Shown here: piece after piece, positions 36,930-47,332 of the stretch
How positions within the stretch are numbered: the stretch's first letter is position 1
Layout of the letters: the number at the start of each line of letters is the position of its first letter
Assembly (NCBI GenBank): GCA_011524535.1
Contig: WTKD01000002.1
Span: forward strand, 20,868-84,867
Source: Spirochaetaceae bacterium
Lineage (GTDB): Bacteria > Spirochaetota > Spirochaetia > WTKD01
Length of the DNA: 64,000 nt
Reading direction: 5' to 3'
Made by a program: the position numbers and the translations under genes
The notes under the pieces: generated by a model
Databases searched by the model: none
What the model was told of the DNA's origin: nothing
Seen by the model: the letters and a program-made list of their open reading frames with translations, nothing else

Positions 36930-38216
36930 ATGTTTGAGTCTATTTCAAAATCATTACACAAAATAATTTCAAAAATAAAAGCTAAGCCAGTTATCCGCCA
37001 AGAAGACTTGACCGGTATAGTCTCAGAGATTCGAGCATCACTCATTGAAGCTGATGTCAATGTTCGCGTTGTGCGTCGATTTCTTAATCGCTGCGTACAG
37101 GCTGCAGAAGGTCGTCAGGTCACGAAGGGAGTGACGGTTACCGAAGAATTTGTCGCTATTTTGCACGAAGTGCTCACGGGGATATTGGGATCAGAAAAAA
37201 AATCTCTTACCGTACAGAGAGGTGAGAAGATATTGATGGTTGGTTTGCAAGGAAGTGGAAAAACCACAACGATTGCAAAGATATCAAATTATTTACAAAA
37301 AAGGAATATGAGCTCCTATGTCATTGCAGCAGATAGAACGAGGCCTGCGGGAGTTGAACAATTACAGCAATTGGGTGATCAGCATGGTTTTTCTGTTTTC
37401 AGTGGAGGCAATACCGTTAAAGAGGCGATTAAAAAAGGACTTAGCGAATATCCTCGAACCAATGCAGATGTGTGTATAATTGATAGCGCTGGTAGGCATG
37501 GATTATCCGTCGAACTCCTTGAGGAAATAAAAGATGTTCACAAACTTGCAAAGCCTCAACACGTATTGTTTGTTGTAGATGCAACCATAGGACAGACAGC
37601 TGCAGAATTAGCTCAAGCAATAACCGAGTATGTCCCGGTGTCTGGAGTTATATTATCAAAATGCGATGCAGATAGTCGCGGGGGGGCGGCCCTTAGCGTG
37701 AGTGAAATTGCAAAATGCCCGATACTCTTTTTGGGAACGGGTGAGCATGCGGACAATCTAGAAGAATTTAATCCTGAAGGATTTGCAAATAGGATATTTG
37801 GCATGGGGGATGTCGTTCAACTGGTTGAACGTGCTCGAGAAGTAGTCGATGAAGAAGAAGCCCAAAAACTGCGAAAAAAGGCTGCGAAATCTCAATTTAC
37901 GCTCAATGACCTCCTTCAGCAATTTGCCACGATAAAAAAGATGGGATCGATAAAATCAATTATGGAATTATTACCCCAAGATATTCGTGGACAAATGAAT
38001 TCTGCTTCAGATCCGGACGAAACCGTCTACAAAAAGCAAGAAGCCTTGATACTTTCAATGACCTTTGAAGAACGTGAAAACCCGCGTATTTTGAATGCTT
38101 CGCGACAAAAAAGAATTGCCCGCGGTGCGGGTTCATCACAGTTTGAATTGAGGAAATTGTTAAAAAATTTCGAGCAAGTAAAAAATCAGATGAAGAAATT
38201 TGCGAAAAAACGATAG
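36930..38216 (+). CDS. ffh: signal recognition particle protein Ffh
   Basis: N-domain, GTPase GLQGSGKTTT, DxxG, TKxD (SKCD), M-domain. Confidence 0.9.
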   Translation: MFESISKSLHKIISKIKAKPVIRQEDLTGIVSEIRASLIEADVNVRVVRRFLNRCVQAAEGRQVTKGVTVTEEFVAILHEVLTGILGSEKKSLTVQRGEKILMVGLQGSGKTTTIAKISNYLQKRNMSSYVIAADRTRPAGVEQLQQLGDQHGFSVFSGGNTVKEAIKKGLSEYPRTNADVCIIDSAGRHGLSVELLEEIKDVHKLAKPQHVLFVVDATIGQTAAELAQAITEYVPVSGVILSKCDADSRGGAALSVSEIAKCPILFLGTGEHADNLEEFNPEGFANRIFGMGDVVQLVERAREVVDEEEAQKLRKKAAKSQFTLNDLLQQFATIKKMGSIKSIMELLPQDIRGQMNSASDPDETVYKKQEALILSMTFEERENPRILNASRQKRIARGAGSSQFELRKLLKNFEQVKNQMKKFAKKR

Positions 38217-38254
38217 TACTTTTACTTGCACGTGTATTTAGGTATAATGACAGT

Positions 38255-38518
38255 ATGGTAAAAATCAGACTCAAACGTTTTGGAGCAAAGCGTAAACCAG
38301 CCTATCGCGTTGTTGTATGTCCGGTGACATCTCCTAGACAAGGTCGTGTTTTGGATTCTCTTGGTATATACCAACCAGTCAATCCTAGCGATGAAAAAAT
38401 TAAGATTGATATGGTAAAGTACAACTATTGGATTGAGAGAGGTGCTCAACCCACTGATACGGTTAAAAGCATATTGAAATATAATTCTACACCTCAAACC
38501 TCAACGAAGGAAGGCTAA
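38255..38518 (+). CDS. rpsP: 30S ribosomal protein S16
   Basis: MVKIRLKRFGAKRKPAYRVVV. Confidence 0.9.
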   Translation: MVKIRLKRFGAKRKPAYRVVVCPVTSPRQGRVLDSLGIYQPVNPSDEKIKIDMVKYNYWIERGAQPTDTVKSILKYNSTPQTSTKEG

Positions 38519-38752
38519 ATGGAGAAACAGTTAATAGAAGATATTGCACGTGCGATTGTTTCGGACCCAGATTCTGTAGAAGTTACCATGGTTGAAGGGG
38601 AAAAAACAACGATATTCGAACTCCGAGTTGCTCCAAATGATATTGGAAAGATCGTGGGGCAGGGGGGGCGCATCGCTCGAGCTATTCGAACCGTACTCAG
38701 TGCAATTTCTTACAAGGGCGGGAGAAGAGCCACACTTGAAATCCTCGACTGA
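38519..38752 (+). CDS. KH-domain RNA-binding protein (YlqC family)
   Basis: [19 protein letters not shown] GxxG KH motif. Confidence 0.8.
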   Translation: MEKQLIEDIARAIVSDPDSVEVTMVEGEKTTIFELRVAPNDIGKIVGQGGRIARAIRTVLSAISYKGGRRATLEILD

Positions 38753-39278
38753 GGAACATTTTTATACTGCTAAGCTTGGAAAAACTGTTGGTGTAGGTGG
38801 TGCGCTGGTGGTTCATAGTTTTTCTGGCGAATATTCTCATTTTAAACAGCTAACATCTATATTATTGCGTCTTCCTTCTGAGAACGAACCAAAACGTTTC
38901 ATTGTATTACGATGGGAATGGGTTCATGGAAAATTTGCCGTTGTTATAAAAGGCTATGAAGACAAGGAAACTGCGGCTACATTAACGCATGCTCTTGTGC
39001 TTGTGACGCGAGATTCAGCGGCGGAGCTACGTGAAGATGAGGTTTATATACAAGATATCCTAGGAACTCCCGTATACCTTATGAATAAGCGATTTGGGAT
39101 TTTGGAAGCTGTATATGATCTTGGTGTGCATGATTGCCTGGAGGTAAAAAAGGAATCCGGCGAAATGGTTATGATACCGTTGTTAGAAGTGTTTGTGCGC
39201 AGCGTCGACGTACGTTGTATCGAATTGCAGAATCACGAGTTATTTCATGAAGATAACAGTTCTATGCCTATTTCCTGA
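38736..39278 (+). CDS. rimM: 16S rRNA processing protein RimM
   Basis: RimM N-terminal barrel and PRC barrel; probable TTG start near 38736 (ORF-track 38592 start would overlap KH gene). Confidence 0.7.
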   Translation: MKSSTEEHFYTAKLGKTVGVGGALVVHSFSGEYSHFKQLTSILLRLPSENEPKRFIVLRWEWVHGKFAVVIKGYEDKETAATLTHALVLVTRDSAAELREDEVYIQDILGTPVYLMNKRFGILEAVYDLGVHDCLEVKKESGEMVMIPLLEVFVRSVDVRCIELQNHELFHEDNSSMPIS

Positions 39279-39912
39279 AATAATTCAACATTATTGCTCG
39301 GTATCGATACCAAAGAGAATCATCGAGGAAAATGGCGTCGAACTTGTATTGATCAATATTCGTTCTTTTGCAGAAGGAACGCATTTTCGCTGCGATGAGA
39401 AACCATTTGGTGGTGGAGCAGGGATGCTTATGCAAGTAGAGCCTATAGCTAGAGCATTGGAATCACTCGAAGAGATATCAAAACCATTGCTTGTCCCCAG
39501 TCCTGACGGAAGGCGTTTTTTGCAAAGCGATGCAGAGTATTACGCGAAACGAAATTCGATATTACTCCTTGCGGGGCATTATGAAGGAATAGACGCTAGG
39601 ATAAAGGATCTCTACTCTTGCGATGTGGTAAGCCTCGGCGATTACGTGTTAAGTTCTGGAGAACTGGCCTGTTTGAATATTATCGATTCGATTCTCAGAT
39701 TGCAAGAAAATGGTATTAATAAAGAATCGTTGGTAGAGGAGAGTTTTACGGAAGGATTATTAGAGCATGATCAGTATACGCGTCCATCTGTTGTGCGGAA
39801 TTTGGCGGTTCCCGATGTTTTGCTATCTGGACATCACAAAAATATTGAAAAGTGGAAAGAAAAAAATCGAGAGCTAAAAACAAAACTATTTCGCCCAGAT
39901 ATAGCGCGGTAA
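39247..39912 (+). CDS. trmD: tRNA (guanine37-N1)-methyltransferase TrmD
   Basis: [13 protein letters not shown] start, SPOUT knot region …LLAGHYEGIDARI…. Confidence 0.85.
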   Translation: MKITVLCLFPEIIQHYCSVSIPKRIIEENGVELVLINIRSFAEGTHFRCDEKPFGGGAGMLMQVEPIARALESLEEISKPLLVPSPDGRRFLQSDAEYYAKRNSILLLAGHYEGIDARIKDLYSCDVVSLGDYVLSSGELACLNIIDSILRLQENGINKESLVEESFTEGLLEHDQYTRPSVVRNLAVPDVLLSGHHKNIEKWKEKNRELKTKLFRPDIAR

Positions 39913-39957
39913 TTCTTGCTGTACTTTTCTAAATAGGATACAATCATCATTAAAGCC

Positions 39958-40308
39958 ATGAGCATTATTCACCAGATTGAACATAAACAATTGCGAACAG
40001 ATCATCCTGATTTTCGCATAGGGGACACTATTCGCGTTCATTTTCGAATTGTGGAAGGGTCTTCTGAGCGAGTACAAATTTTTGAAGGTCTTGTCATCGC
40101 AAGAAACAACTCTGGACTACGGAAAACATTCACCGTGAGAAAAATTTCCTTCCGAGTAGGGGTTGAACGGGTATTTCCACTCCATTCCCCAAGAATTCAG
40201 AAGATCGAAATCAGTAGACGCGGAAAAGTACGCCAAGCAAAACTATACTATATTCGCGATAGAGTCGGAAAAGCCACAAAAGTAAAAGAAAAACTAACAA
40301 GGACCTAA
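39958..40308 (+). CDS. rplS: 50S ribosomal protein L19
   Basis: [30 protein letters not shown]. Confidence 0.9.
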   Translation: MSIIHQIEHKQLRTDHPDFRIGDTIRVHFRIVEGSSERVQIFEGLVIARNNSGLRKTFTVRKISFRVGVERVFPLHSPRIQKIEISRRGKVRQAKLYYIRDRVGKATKVKEKLTRT

Positions 40309-40310
40309 GA

Positions 40311-40688
40311 ATGAACGCAATGGGACACTTTGGTGAATCTGTTGCGGCTGGTCTATTAATTTCTTCACAGAATTACATTATTTTAGAAAAGAACTTTAAG
40401 TCACCCTACGGTGAGGTCGATATTGTAGGTGCGGACCTGCGAATGGATTCGCTTGTATTTTTTGAGGTTAAGACATGGATGGTCTACTCTCCGTACGAGT
40501 TGGAAAGAGTTATTTCCAGTACGAAGAAGAAAAAAATAGCGCAGACGGCGGAGTTTTATCTTTTGTCACATGCGGTAGAGAAGTATACGGATATACGTTT
40601 TGATGTAGTATATATTCAACCCAATCCATTTCGTTTCCTCCATATGGAAGGGGCCTTTGTAGATGGGTCGAGTAGCACGAAATATTGA
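40311..40688 (+). CDS. yraN: YraN-family (UPF0102) endonuclease-like protein
   Basis: GESVAAGLL…GEVDIVG…VFFEVK. Confidence 0.75.
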   Translation: MNAMGHFGESVAAGLLISSQNYIILEKNFKSPYGEVDIVGADLRMDSLVFFEVKTWMVYSPYELERVISSTKKKKIAQTAEFYLLSHAVEKYTDIRFDVVYIQPNPFRFLHMEGAFVDGSSSTKY

Positions 40689-40863
40689 CATAAGAAGACT
40701 CGAATTATTAAAATCGGTGATCGACGATACCAAGTATCAGGAGAGAGCTATGATGGGCATTGCAGATGTGCTTACGCATGTGCTTTTTGAAGATGATGAT
40801 ACCGTCAAGGCCAAAAAGCGTAGTTCACGAAATAATGCGAAAAATCAAAAGAGCTCTGGATGA
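40663..40863 (+). CDS. small hypothetical protein (66 aa)
   Basis: ORF fills gap between yraN and coaD, overlaps both; basic C-terminus. Confidence 0.25.
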   Translation: MGRVARNIDIRRLELLKSVIDDTKYQERAMMGIADVLTHVLFEDDDTVKAKKRSSRNNAKNQKSSG

Positions 40864-41336
40864 CGGTTATACTTCCAGGGTCCTTCGATCCACCAACCAA
40901 TGGTCATCTAAATCTAATTAGTCGCACTTCATCCCTTTTTGACAATATATATGTGGTCGTTGCCAATAACCCTCATAAAATGTATCATTTTTCTCCTCGA
41001 GAGCGGGTTGATATGCTGAAGGAATTAACCAAAGAACATAGTAATATAGCAGTGGTCGAATGGAAAAGACTCATTGTTGAGTTTGCTACAGAGGTTAATG
41101 CACGTATCATCATTCGAGGAGTGAGGTCGGTCAATGACTTTACATATGAATTCGAATTGGGACAGCTCAATAAGCGACTTGCTCCAAATGTTGACACCTT
41201 GCTCTTACCGACAGAGCTTCATGTAAGTCTTATTCGTTCCTCGACCATCATGGAATTGATACGATTGGGCGGAGACATATCACGAATGGTTCCGCCCAGT
41301 ATACAGAAAAAAATTGAGGCTAAGATAAATAGTTGA
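40860..41336 (+). CDS. coaD: phosphopantetheine adenylyltransferase
   Basis: ILPGSFDPPTNGHLNLI (H/TxGH nucleotidyltransferase motif). Confidence 0.85.
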   Translation: MTVILPGSFDPPTNGHLNLISRTSSLFDNIYVVVANNPHKMYHFSPRERVDMLKELTKEHSNIAVVEWKRLIVEFATEVNARIIIRGVRSVNDFTYEFELGQLNKRLAPNVDTLLLPTELHVSLIRSSTIMELIRLGGDISRMVPPSIQKKIEAKINS

Positions 41337-41393
41337 TAGCTAGGAGTATCGAGATAATCTTGACATCTTTATTATGTCATGCAACAATCCACT

Positions 41394-41594
41394 ATGGCTG
41401 TACAGAAGAAAAAATCTTCGAAATCACGAACTCGCAGAAAACATGCTGCAAATTACGTATTAAAAGAGCCCTCAGTGACAGAATCAAAAGAGTCGGGTGC
41501 CTATGTTCTTAGGCATAGGGTTGACCTTAAGTCAGGCTTTTACCGAGGAAAAAAGATTTTTGAACACGATGAACTAAATCGTTTTAATAGTTAA
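41394..41594 (+). CDS. rpmF: 50S ribosomal protein L32
   Basis: MAVQKKKSSKSRTRRKH N-terminus; precedes acpP as in fab/rpmF operons. Confidence 0.7.
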   Translation: MAVQKKKSSKSRTRRKHAANYVLKEPSVTESKESGAYVLRHRVDLKSGFYRGKKIFEHDELNRFNS

Positions 41595-41640
41595 TGACTT
41601 CTATTTTAAATAGTATAAGTAATGGAAAGGAAAAGATGTT

Positions 41641-41871
41641 ATGGAAATAAGTTTTGACAAAATGAAGAAGCTAATTGCCGAAAAGCTTGAAGTAGATGAA
41701 GCGAAAGTCGTACCCTCGGCCTCCTTCAGACAAGATCTTGGTGCAGACAGCTTGGATACATACGAGCTTGTATATGCGATAGAAGAAGAGTTTGGTATTT
41801 CTTTGCCAGACGAAAAAGTTGGTGAATTCGAGACAATTCAAGATGTCTTAGATTTTTTGAAGACTCAATAG
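41641..41871 (+). CDS. acpP: acyl carrier protein
   Basis: LGADSLDTYELV phosphopantetheine attachment motif. Confidence 0.9.
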   Translation: MEISFDKMKKLIAEKLEVDEAKVVPSASFRQDLGADSLDTYELVYAIEEEFGISLPDEKVGEFETIQDVLDFLKTQ

Positions 41872-41929
41872 ATTACTGAAAAACATTGATTACAGAGACA
41901 CGGTTGCAGTTCAGTCAAAGGATCGAAAA

Positions 41930-42625
41930 GTGTCTCTTATAGAATTTCAAAGACTTCTAGGGGTGAAATTCAAAAATCTCTCCCTGCTAAATACCGCTTT
42001 AACCCATAGATCATACGCAAATGAATGGAGTGATGGTAACAGCAACGAGAGGTTGGAGTTTCTTGGTGACTCAGTTTTAGGATTGATAATCTCGGATCAC
42101 CTCATGTCTTTGTACCCTTCTGCCCAGGAAGGCGATTTAACCCAATTACGATCGAACATTGTTTCTAAATATTCACTAATGGAGACAGCAAAGCGTTTGA
42201 GCCTTGGCATGTATTTGTTGGTTAGTCCCAGCGAGGACAATAGCGGTGGACGTAACAAGGCTGCTATATTGGCAGACACCATGGAGGCGGTTGTTGGCGC
42301 CTATTATGTGGATAGAGGATACAAAAAAACATATTGGGCATTGATTCGCTGGTTTGATGCAGCGATACAGAAGGTAAAAGACGGTAGTCATGCTAAGGAC
42401 TATAAGTCTATGCTCCAAGATTTTGTTCAGCAAACGCTACAGAAGACCCCGACCTATGCGATGGTAAAACGATCAGGGCCCATTCATGAGCATTTTTTTA
42501 GAGTAAAAGTGAAGATTGGTAGTACAGTATACGGTGAAGGTACGGGTATGACTAAAAAACTAGCCGAGCAAACGGCAGCTGGCATTGCCTATGCAAAAAT
42601 CACAAAAGAGAACATAAAAAAGTAA
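41930..42625 (+). CDS. rnc: ribonuclease III
   Basis: ERLEFLGDSVL signature plus C-terminal dsRBD. Confidence 0.9.
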   Translation: MSLIEFQRLLGVKFKNLSLLNTALTHRSYANEWSDGNSNERLEFLGDSVLGLIISDHLMSLYPSAQEGDLTQLRSNIVSKYSLMETAKRLSLGMYLLVSPSEDNSGGRNKAAILADTMEAVVGAYYVDRGYKKTYWALIRWFDAAIQKVKDGSHAKDYKSMLQDFVQQTLQKTPTYAMVKRSGPIHEHFFRVKVKIGSTVYGEGTGMTKKLAEQTAAGIAYAKITKENIKK

Positions 42626-42632
42626 AAGAAAA

Positions 42633-43910
42633 CTAATGCAAACTCTTTGCAAGGGAAAGCAAGGTTTCACGTTCATTTTTTTCTGGTGTTTTTAACACTA
42701 TACGGTACAGTCCCTTTAATATTAGTCCTATTTTTTTTCCCTTGGTTAAGCCGAATGTAGACATTAGATCGTGTCCATTTATGGCAAGTTTTTTCTTTGG
42801 TATATAGGTTTGGATTGCTTCCAAAAATAGGGTTGGAATAGTCTGTTGTTGAAAGGTTGTGTAGAAGAACATCGCGCGTAATACGTTGTGATGTTCAATG
42901 GGCAGATGTGTAAGAAAATAGCGTATATGGTATATACTCCAGGTTTCATCTACTTTATAGCTGCTGAGGAAGAGTAATGTAGATATAAGATCGTGCTCCT
43001 TGTTAGAAATCCTGATAGAAGAACAAAAATCAATGATTGTTTGCTTGTTTTTACGCGCATATGATGCGGATAAAAGATCATTATAGGCAAGTACAAAGCT
43101 GAAAAGCAATGCGAGTTGCAGTGCAGTGTTCTTGTTATTAGCCCATGCTTTCGAAAGAACATTACCAATATGATGGTATTGTTTTTTGCTTAGTGAGAAT
43201 AATTTGCTGTGAAAAATATGTTCCAAAATTTCCGAACTGCATAGATAGGGCATGGCGATTTCAACAGAACGGGTAGAGAGAAGCTTTTTTATTTCTGTGG
43301 TAATTCTTTCTTTTGAAATTCGAGTGATGTGTGATGACATGTTAATCAGGCATTCCAATAAGTTTTTTTCTATTAAAAAAGATAATTGGCTTGAAAACCG
43401 AAATGCACGTAGGACACGTAAATAGTCCTCTGATATACGCTTCTGTGGGGTTCCGACGCATACGATTTCCTTTTTCTTGATAGCCTCGATCCCTTTGAAT
43501 GGATCAATAATGCACGAATTCTGCAGATCATATGCCATGGCATTCATTGTAAAATCTCTACGAGAAAGGTCTTCGTGGAGTGTTGCATCAAATTGTACTT
43601 CGTTGGGATGTCTCCCATCCGTATATTTTCCGTCTATGCGGAAACTAGTTAGTTCACATTTCTGCTCAAATCTGCAGATTGTGATGGTGCCGTGTTTTAT
43701 TCCAGTTGGAATGGCGTATGGGAAGATATCCATCAAACGATTTGGAGGTGCATTTGTGCACATATCCCAATCGAGAATAGCTTTGTTCAATAGCATATTT
43801 CGTACGGCTCCGCCAACTACGTATGATTCGTATCCCGCGCGACGTAACGTGTCGTGAATTCGCAGTATTAGGTTTGGGAAAGATGTATGAGAAAAGGGAA
43901 TAGAGTTCAT
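42633..43910 (-). CDS. tRNA nucleotidyltransferase / poly(A) polymerase family protein (CCA-adding-like)
   Basis: GGAVRN…DWDMCT polymerase-beta head domain. Confidence 0.8.
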   Translation of the reverse strand: MNSIPFSHTSFPNLILRIHDTLRRAGYESYVVGGAVRNMLLNKAILDWDMCTNAPPNRLMDIFPYAIPTGIKHGTITICRFEQKCELTSFRIDGKYTDGRHPNEVQFDATLHEDLSRRDFTMNAMAYDLQNSCIIDPFKGIEAIKKKEIVCVGTPQKRISEDYLRVLRAFRFSSQLSFLIEKNLLECLINMSSHITRISKERITTEIKKLLSTRSVEIAMPYLCSSEILEHIFHSKLFSLSKKQYHHIGNVLSKAWANNKNTALQLALLFSFVLAYNDLLSASYARKNKQTIIDFCSSIRISNKEHDLISTLLFLSSYKVDETWSIYHIRYFLTHLPIEHHNVLRAMFFYTTFQQQTIPTLFLEAIQTYIPKKKLAINGHDLMSTFGLTKGKKIGLILKGLYRIVLKTPEKNERETLLSLAKSLH

Positions 43911-43920
43911 AAAGGAATAA

Positions 43921-43960
43921 AAAAGGACGCATAATATAGATATACATGCGCCCTCAGGAT
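43921..43960 (-). terminator. intrinsic terminator after flaB (8-bp stem GGGCGCAU/AUGCGUCC, U-tract)
   Basis: minus-strand RNA GGGCGCAUGUAUAUCUAUAUUAUGCGUCCUUUUUUAUUCC immediately after flaB stop. Confidence 0.6.
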
Positions 43961-43964
43961 GTTA

Positions 43965-44837
43965 TTAACGAAGGAGAGAGAGTACCGTTTGGGCTTTTTG
44001 GTTTGCTTGTGCGAGCATTGCTGTTGCTGATTGCAAAAGAATTTGATTCTTGGTGTAGGTAGTGACCTCTTTAGCCATATCTACATCTCGTATTCGCGAT
44101 TCAGCAGCTTGCAGGTTCTCTGCACCTACGCTCAGACCTTGTCTTGCAAGCTCAAGACGACTTTGGTATGCTCCCAGGTCAGCTCTTTGTTGGTTTACAA
44201 TTTTCATTGCAGAATCAACCATACCGATAACAGCATTGGCAGAATCGGGAGTAGAAAGAGAAACAAACGTTGCCGAGTGTGGGAATCCATTTACTTGCTG
44301 CAATCCGAGGCTTTGGGCGGTCATAGTACCAATGAATGCCCGTTCTCGTTGATCCATATTTGCACCAATATGAAACCACATACTCGCAGTCACTGCGTTT
44401 GTACCAACATCACGCGCAAAACGACCGGTCAACAAGTTCATACCATTAAACTGGGCTTGTGAAGCAACTCTGTTTACTTCATCAATCAGTTGCGAGACCT
44501 CCACTTGTATCATCAGTCGATCTTCAGCTGTATAGATACCATTTGACGACTGGACAGCCAGTTCTCGAATTCTTTGAAGTACGTCTTGTGTTTCTTGAAG
44601 ATATCCTTCTGCGGTTTGTATAAGTGAAATGCCATCAGCGGCATTCCTCTCGGCCTGCATGAGACCACGAATCTGGGATCGCATTTTCTCTGATACGGCC
44701 AAGCCGGACGCATCATCACCAGCGCGAGAGATTCGATACCCCGAAGAAAGTTTCTCCAAACTTTTATCAACAGCAAGGTTATTAAATTTTTCTTGCCGAT
44801 GAGCGAACATTGCACTCAGGTTATGAGTAATAATCAT
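43965..44837 (-). CDS. flaB: flagellar filament core protein (flagellin) FlaB
   Basis: [15 protein letters not shown]… and conserved spirochete FlaB N/C domains ([20 protein letters not shown]…). Confidence 0.9.
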   Translation of the reverse strand: MIITHNLSAMFAHRQEKFNNLAVDKSLEKLSSGYRISRAGDDASGLAVSEKMRSQIRGLMQAERNAADGISLIQTAEGYLQETQDVLQRIRELAVQSSNGIYTAEDRLMIQVEVSQLIDEVNRVASQAQFNGMNLLTGRFARDVGTNAVTASMWFHIGANMDQRERAFIGTMTAQSLGLQQVNGFPHSATFVSLSTPDSANAVIGMVDSAMKIVNQQRADLGAYQSRLELARQGLSVGAENLQAAESRIRDVDMAKEVTTYTKNQILLQSATAMLAQANQKAQTVLSLLR

Positions 44838-44896
44838 ATCAATCCTCCTTGATATATTTTTTTGACATCCTGTCTTACTACAAGAAGTAGTCTTCT

Positions 44897-44926
44897 TTAT
44901 GTCGGTTATTAAAATAGGGACTTAAG
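44897..44926 (-). promoter_or_regulatory. candidate sigma28-like promoter for flaB (CTTAAG … CCGACATAA), followed by AAGGAGG SD
   Basis: minus-strand CTTAAGTCCCTATTTTAATAACCGACATAA ~60 nt upstream of ATG. Confidence 0.3.
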
Positions 44927-45000
44927 AAAAAAATCTCCTGTCGCAAGAATAAAAATATTAGTGTGATTGAGTGAGGAAAGATGATTGTCTACACTTGAGA

Positions 45001-45654
45001 ATGTTGATGGTAGATGTCTTGGTTGCTGTTCCTCTAGGCGCACCAAAAAACCTAGATTTCATTGCAAAAGATGTTCCATGTGTTGCTGCTGATGGAGGAT
45101 ACACAGTCGCTACGACACTTGGCCTGAACTGTGTTGCTATTATCGGTGATATGGATTCGATAGAGGATACATCGGTGCTCAGATCTAAATCGCTGTACAT
45201 AGGACGATACCCCGTCGAAAAAAATGCGAGCGATGCTACATTGGCACTTGCATACGCCCATGAGAATTATGGAAATCGTATTGCTCTTGTTGGAGGAAGT
45301 GGCGGGAGAATTGACCATTTTCTTGGCCTCGTGCAATGCTTTGATGCACGTTTAAGACCGACTGTCTGGCTTACGGATACTTCTTGTCTATTGTATTGCT
45401 TGGGCAAATGCAGTTTTCAGGCGCCTATAGGAACACAGATTTCAGTCATTACGCATATGTTTGAGCCAGCTTCCTGTGAGACAAAAGGATTGTACTGGGA
45501 CTTCGACAGATTAGGTCATAATTCTATTAGCCTTAGCAATAAGACCTCGGAGTCCAGGGTTATCGTTACATGTGAAAAACCCTATTACATTATTTTTGAT
45601 ATTGAACAGTTTACCGAGGTGTCGTTGCTGGAGCACATGTCCCTGGTTAAATAG
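45001..45654 (+). CDS. thiamine pyrophosphokinase
   Basis: AADGGY…IGDMDS…VGGSGGRIDHFLG motifs; start ATG 45001/45007 preferred over 44971. Confidence 0.7.
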   Translation: MLMVDVLVAVPLGAPKNLDFIAKDVPCVAADGGYTVATTLGLNCVAIIGDMDSIEDTSVLRSKSLYIGRYPVEKNASDATLALAYAHENYGNRIALVGGSGGRIDHFLGLVQCFDARLRPTVWLTDTSCLLYCLGKCSFQAPIGTQISVITHMFEPASCETKGLYWDFDRLGHNSISLSNKTSESRVIVTCEKPYYIIFDIEQFTEVSLLEHMSLVK

Positions 45655-45685
45655 CCATTTTTATCTTACACTTTAGCTTGTTGTA

Positions 45686-46006
45686 ATGCTTTCACATATG
45701 AGCGTCGTCTATAGTTATAGATCCTCGTATTTCTTTGGAGGGTTAATGCTTTTTTCTTCAGGATATTTTATCTTGGCTCAATTTGTGGGTCTTTCGATAG
45801 ACGTTCTAGAACTAATTGCATACTCTATAACTTTTTTCTCTTGTATTTGTATAGTTTCAGCTATTCATTACATTGTGTTGGCGATTTTTCATAGGAAAAC
45901 TAGAGTTTTGAATTATTTTCGTTTTGTAGCGAGTATACTTTTTATCTTTGTGTCTTTGTATTCGGTATTGCAATCTCAAATTTTTCTTGCCTTTGGGATA
46001 GGGTAA
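45686..46006 (+). CDS. small hypothetical membrane protein (3 TM)
   Basis: hydrophobic ORF in intergenic gap. Confidence 0.35.
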   Translation: MLSHMSVVYSYRSSYFFGGLMLFSSGYFILAQFVGLSIDVLELIAYSITFFSCICIVSAIHYIVLAIFHRKTRVLNYFRFVASILFIFVSLYSVLQSQIFLAFGIG

Positions 46007-46012
46007 TACGTC

Positions 46013-46366
46013 ATGGTTAGTATACGCGGAGCAACGCAATTAGACAGTGATACAAAATCAGAAATGCAAGAAAAAGTATGTGAACTCGTAAGTGCCTTGT
46101 TTATGAGAAATGGACTTCAAGACGATGAAATAGTGCATATCCTTTTTACTATTACAGAAGATCTAAAGACATATAACCCAGCCGCCGCCTTACGTCGCGA
46201 TGGCTATGCGAATATTCCATTGTTTTCTATGCTTGAACCGACAATACAGGGGATGCTGCCGCGTGTGATACGTGTGCTCGTAACGGTAGACAAACCTAGA
46301 ACCACAGATATAAAGCATGTATATCTATACGGAGCAGCAGAACTACGCCCAGATTTGTTGCAATGA
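46013..46366 (+). CDS. aroH: monofunctional chorismate mutase, AroH class
   Basis: MVSIRGATQ…ILFTITEDL…LPRVIRVLV…VYLYGAAELRPDL closely matches AroH pattern. Confidence 0.8.
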   Translation: MVSIRGATQLDSDTKSEMQEKVCELVSALFMRNGLQDDEIVHILFTITEDLKTYNPAAALRRDGYANIPLFSMLEPTIQGMLPRVIRVLVTVDKPRTTDIKHVYLYGAAELRPDLLQ

Positions 46367-47181
46367 TCAGACTATATACAAAAATAGAACAACAGCTGGT
46401 GAAGAACTGTGCCCTATTGATACAAAAATCCTTTGCTTATGTAAATACTATACTTAAACCGGGTCTATACCAAACCGAACTTGTACAAAAAATTAGACGA
46501 TTTGTTGAACATCGAGGAGGTACCTTGCATGTTATTCGAGGATTTCCCCAACCGCTTTGTTTGTGTGTGAACGAAGTTGTGGCGCATGGAGTTGCTCAAG
46601 AAATCCAGTTTAAGCCCGGTGACCTAGTGACCGTTGATATTTCCGTGAAAATGAATGGGTGGATCGCGGATGCTGCTTGGACCTTTGGTATTCCACCCCT
46701 TGAATACTTCGATGAGGTTCTATTACGAAATGCTTGGCTCATCACAGCAAACGCAATAAAATCGATAGAAATTGGAAAACCTCTAAATACTGTCGGAGCT
46801 TCTATAGAAGAGAACGTGGATTTCTGTGGTATGGAGGTATTCAAGGAATTTAGCGGTCATGGGGTGGGCAAAGAATTACATGAAGCTCCAAGTGTCTTGC
46901 ATTACAAAAATGATTTACTTTCAAACCGCGTTTTGATTAAACCTGGGATGGTGTTTACGGTTGAGCCTATTGTGAAATTCGGGAAATCAGAAATGCAGAG
47001 ACTGCCAAATGGATTTACCTATGTTAGCAAGGATAACCGAAAAACGGCTCAATTTGAGCATACAGTTGCTATACAAGAAGATGGGGCTCATGTCCTTAGT
47101 TATTTTGGATGTAATGCCTCCAATTTACCGCATTTATTGCAATACAGCGATCCATTTGCAAGCCTTAGCGAAAGAACTTGA
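46363..47181 (+). CDS. map: methionine aminopeptidase type I
   Basis: pita-bread fold metal ligands (VDISVKMNGWIADAAWTF…). Confidence 0.9.
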   Translation: MIRLYTKIEQQLVKNCALLIQKSFAYVNTILKPGLYQTELVQKIRRFVEHRGGTLHVIRGFPQPLCLCVNEVVAHGVAQEIQFKPGDLVTVDISVKMNGWIADAAWTFGIPPLEYFDEVLLRNAWLITANAIKSIEIGKPLNTVGASIEENVDFCGMEVFKEFSGHGVGKELHEAPSVLHYKNDLLSNRVLIKPGMVFTVEPIVKFGKSEMQRLPNGFTYVSKDNRKTAQFEHTVAIQEDGAHVLSYFGCNASNLPHLLQYSDPFASLSERT

Positions 47182-47218
47182 CGCATACTGAGTATATGCC
47201 GTAGTCTCAAGAATAAGT

Positions 47219-47290
47219 GCCATCTTAGCTCAGTGGTAGAGCACGTGATTTGTAATCTCGGGGTCGTCGGTTCAAATCCGACAGATGGCT
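47219..47290 (+). tRNA. tRNA-Thr (anticodon TGT)
   Basis: 72 nt, acceptor GCCATCT/AGATGGC, D-arm GCTCAGTGGTAGAGC, anticodon loop TTTGTAA, T-loop GGTTCAAATCC. Confidence 0.8.
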
Positions 47291-47332
47291 GCTTGTTGAC
47301 CTTTCAGATTGTGCATGCATAATCAGGAATGA

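Noticed and set aside
38592-38752. N-terminal 48-codon extension of the rimM ORF starting at ATG 38592
   Set aside because: It would overlap most of the KH-protein gene in another frame. RimM homology begins near 38760, so a TTG/near-cognate start around 38736 is more plausible.
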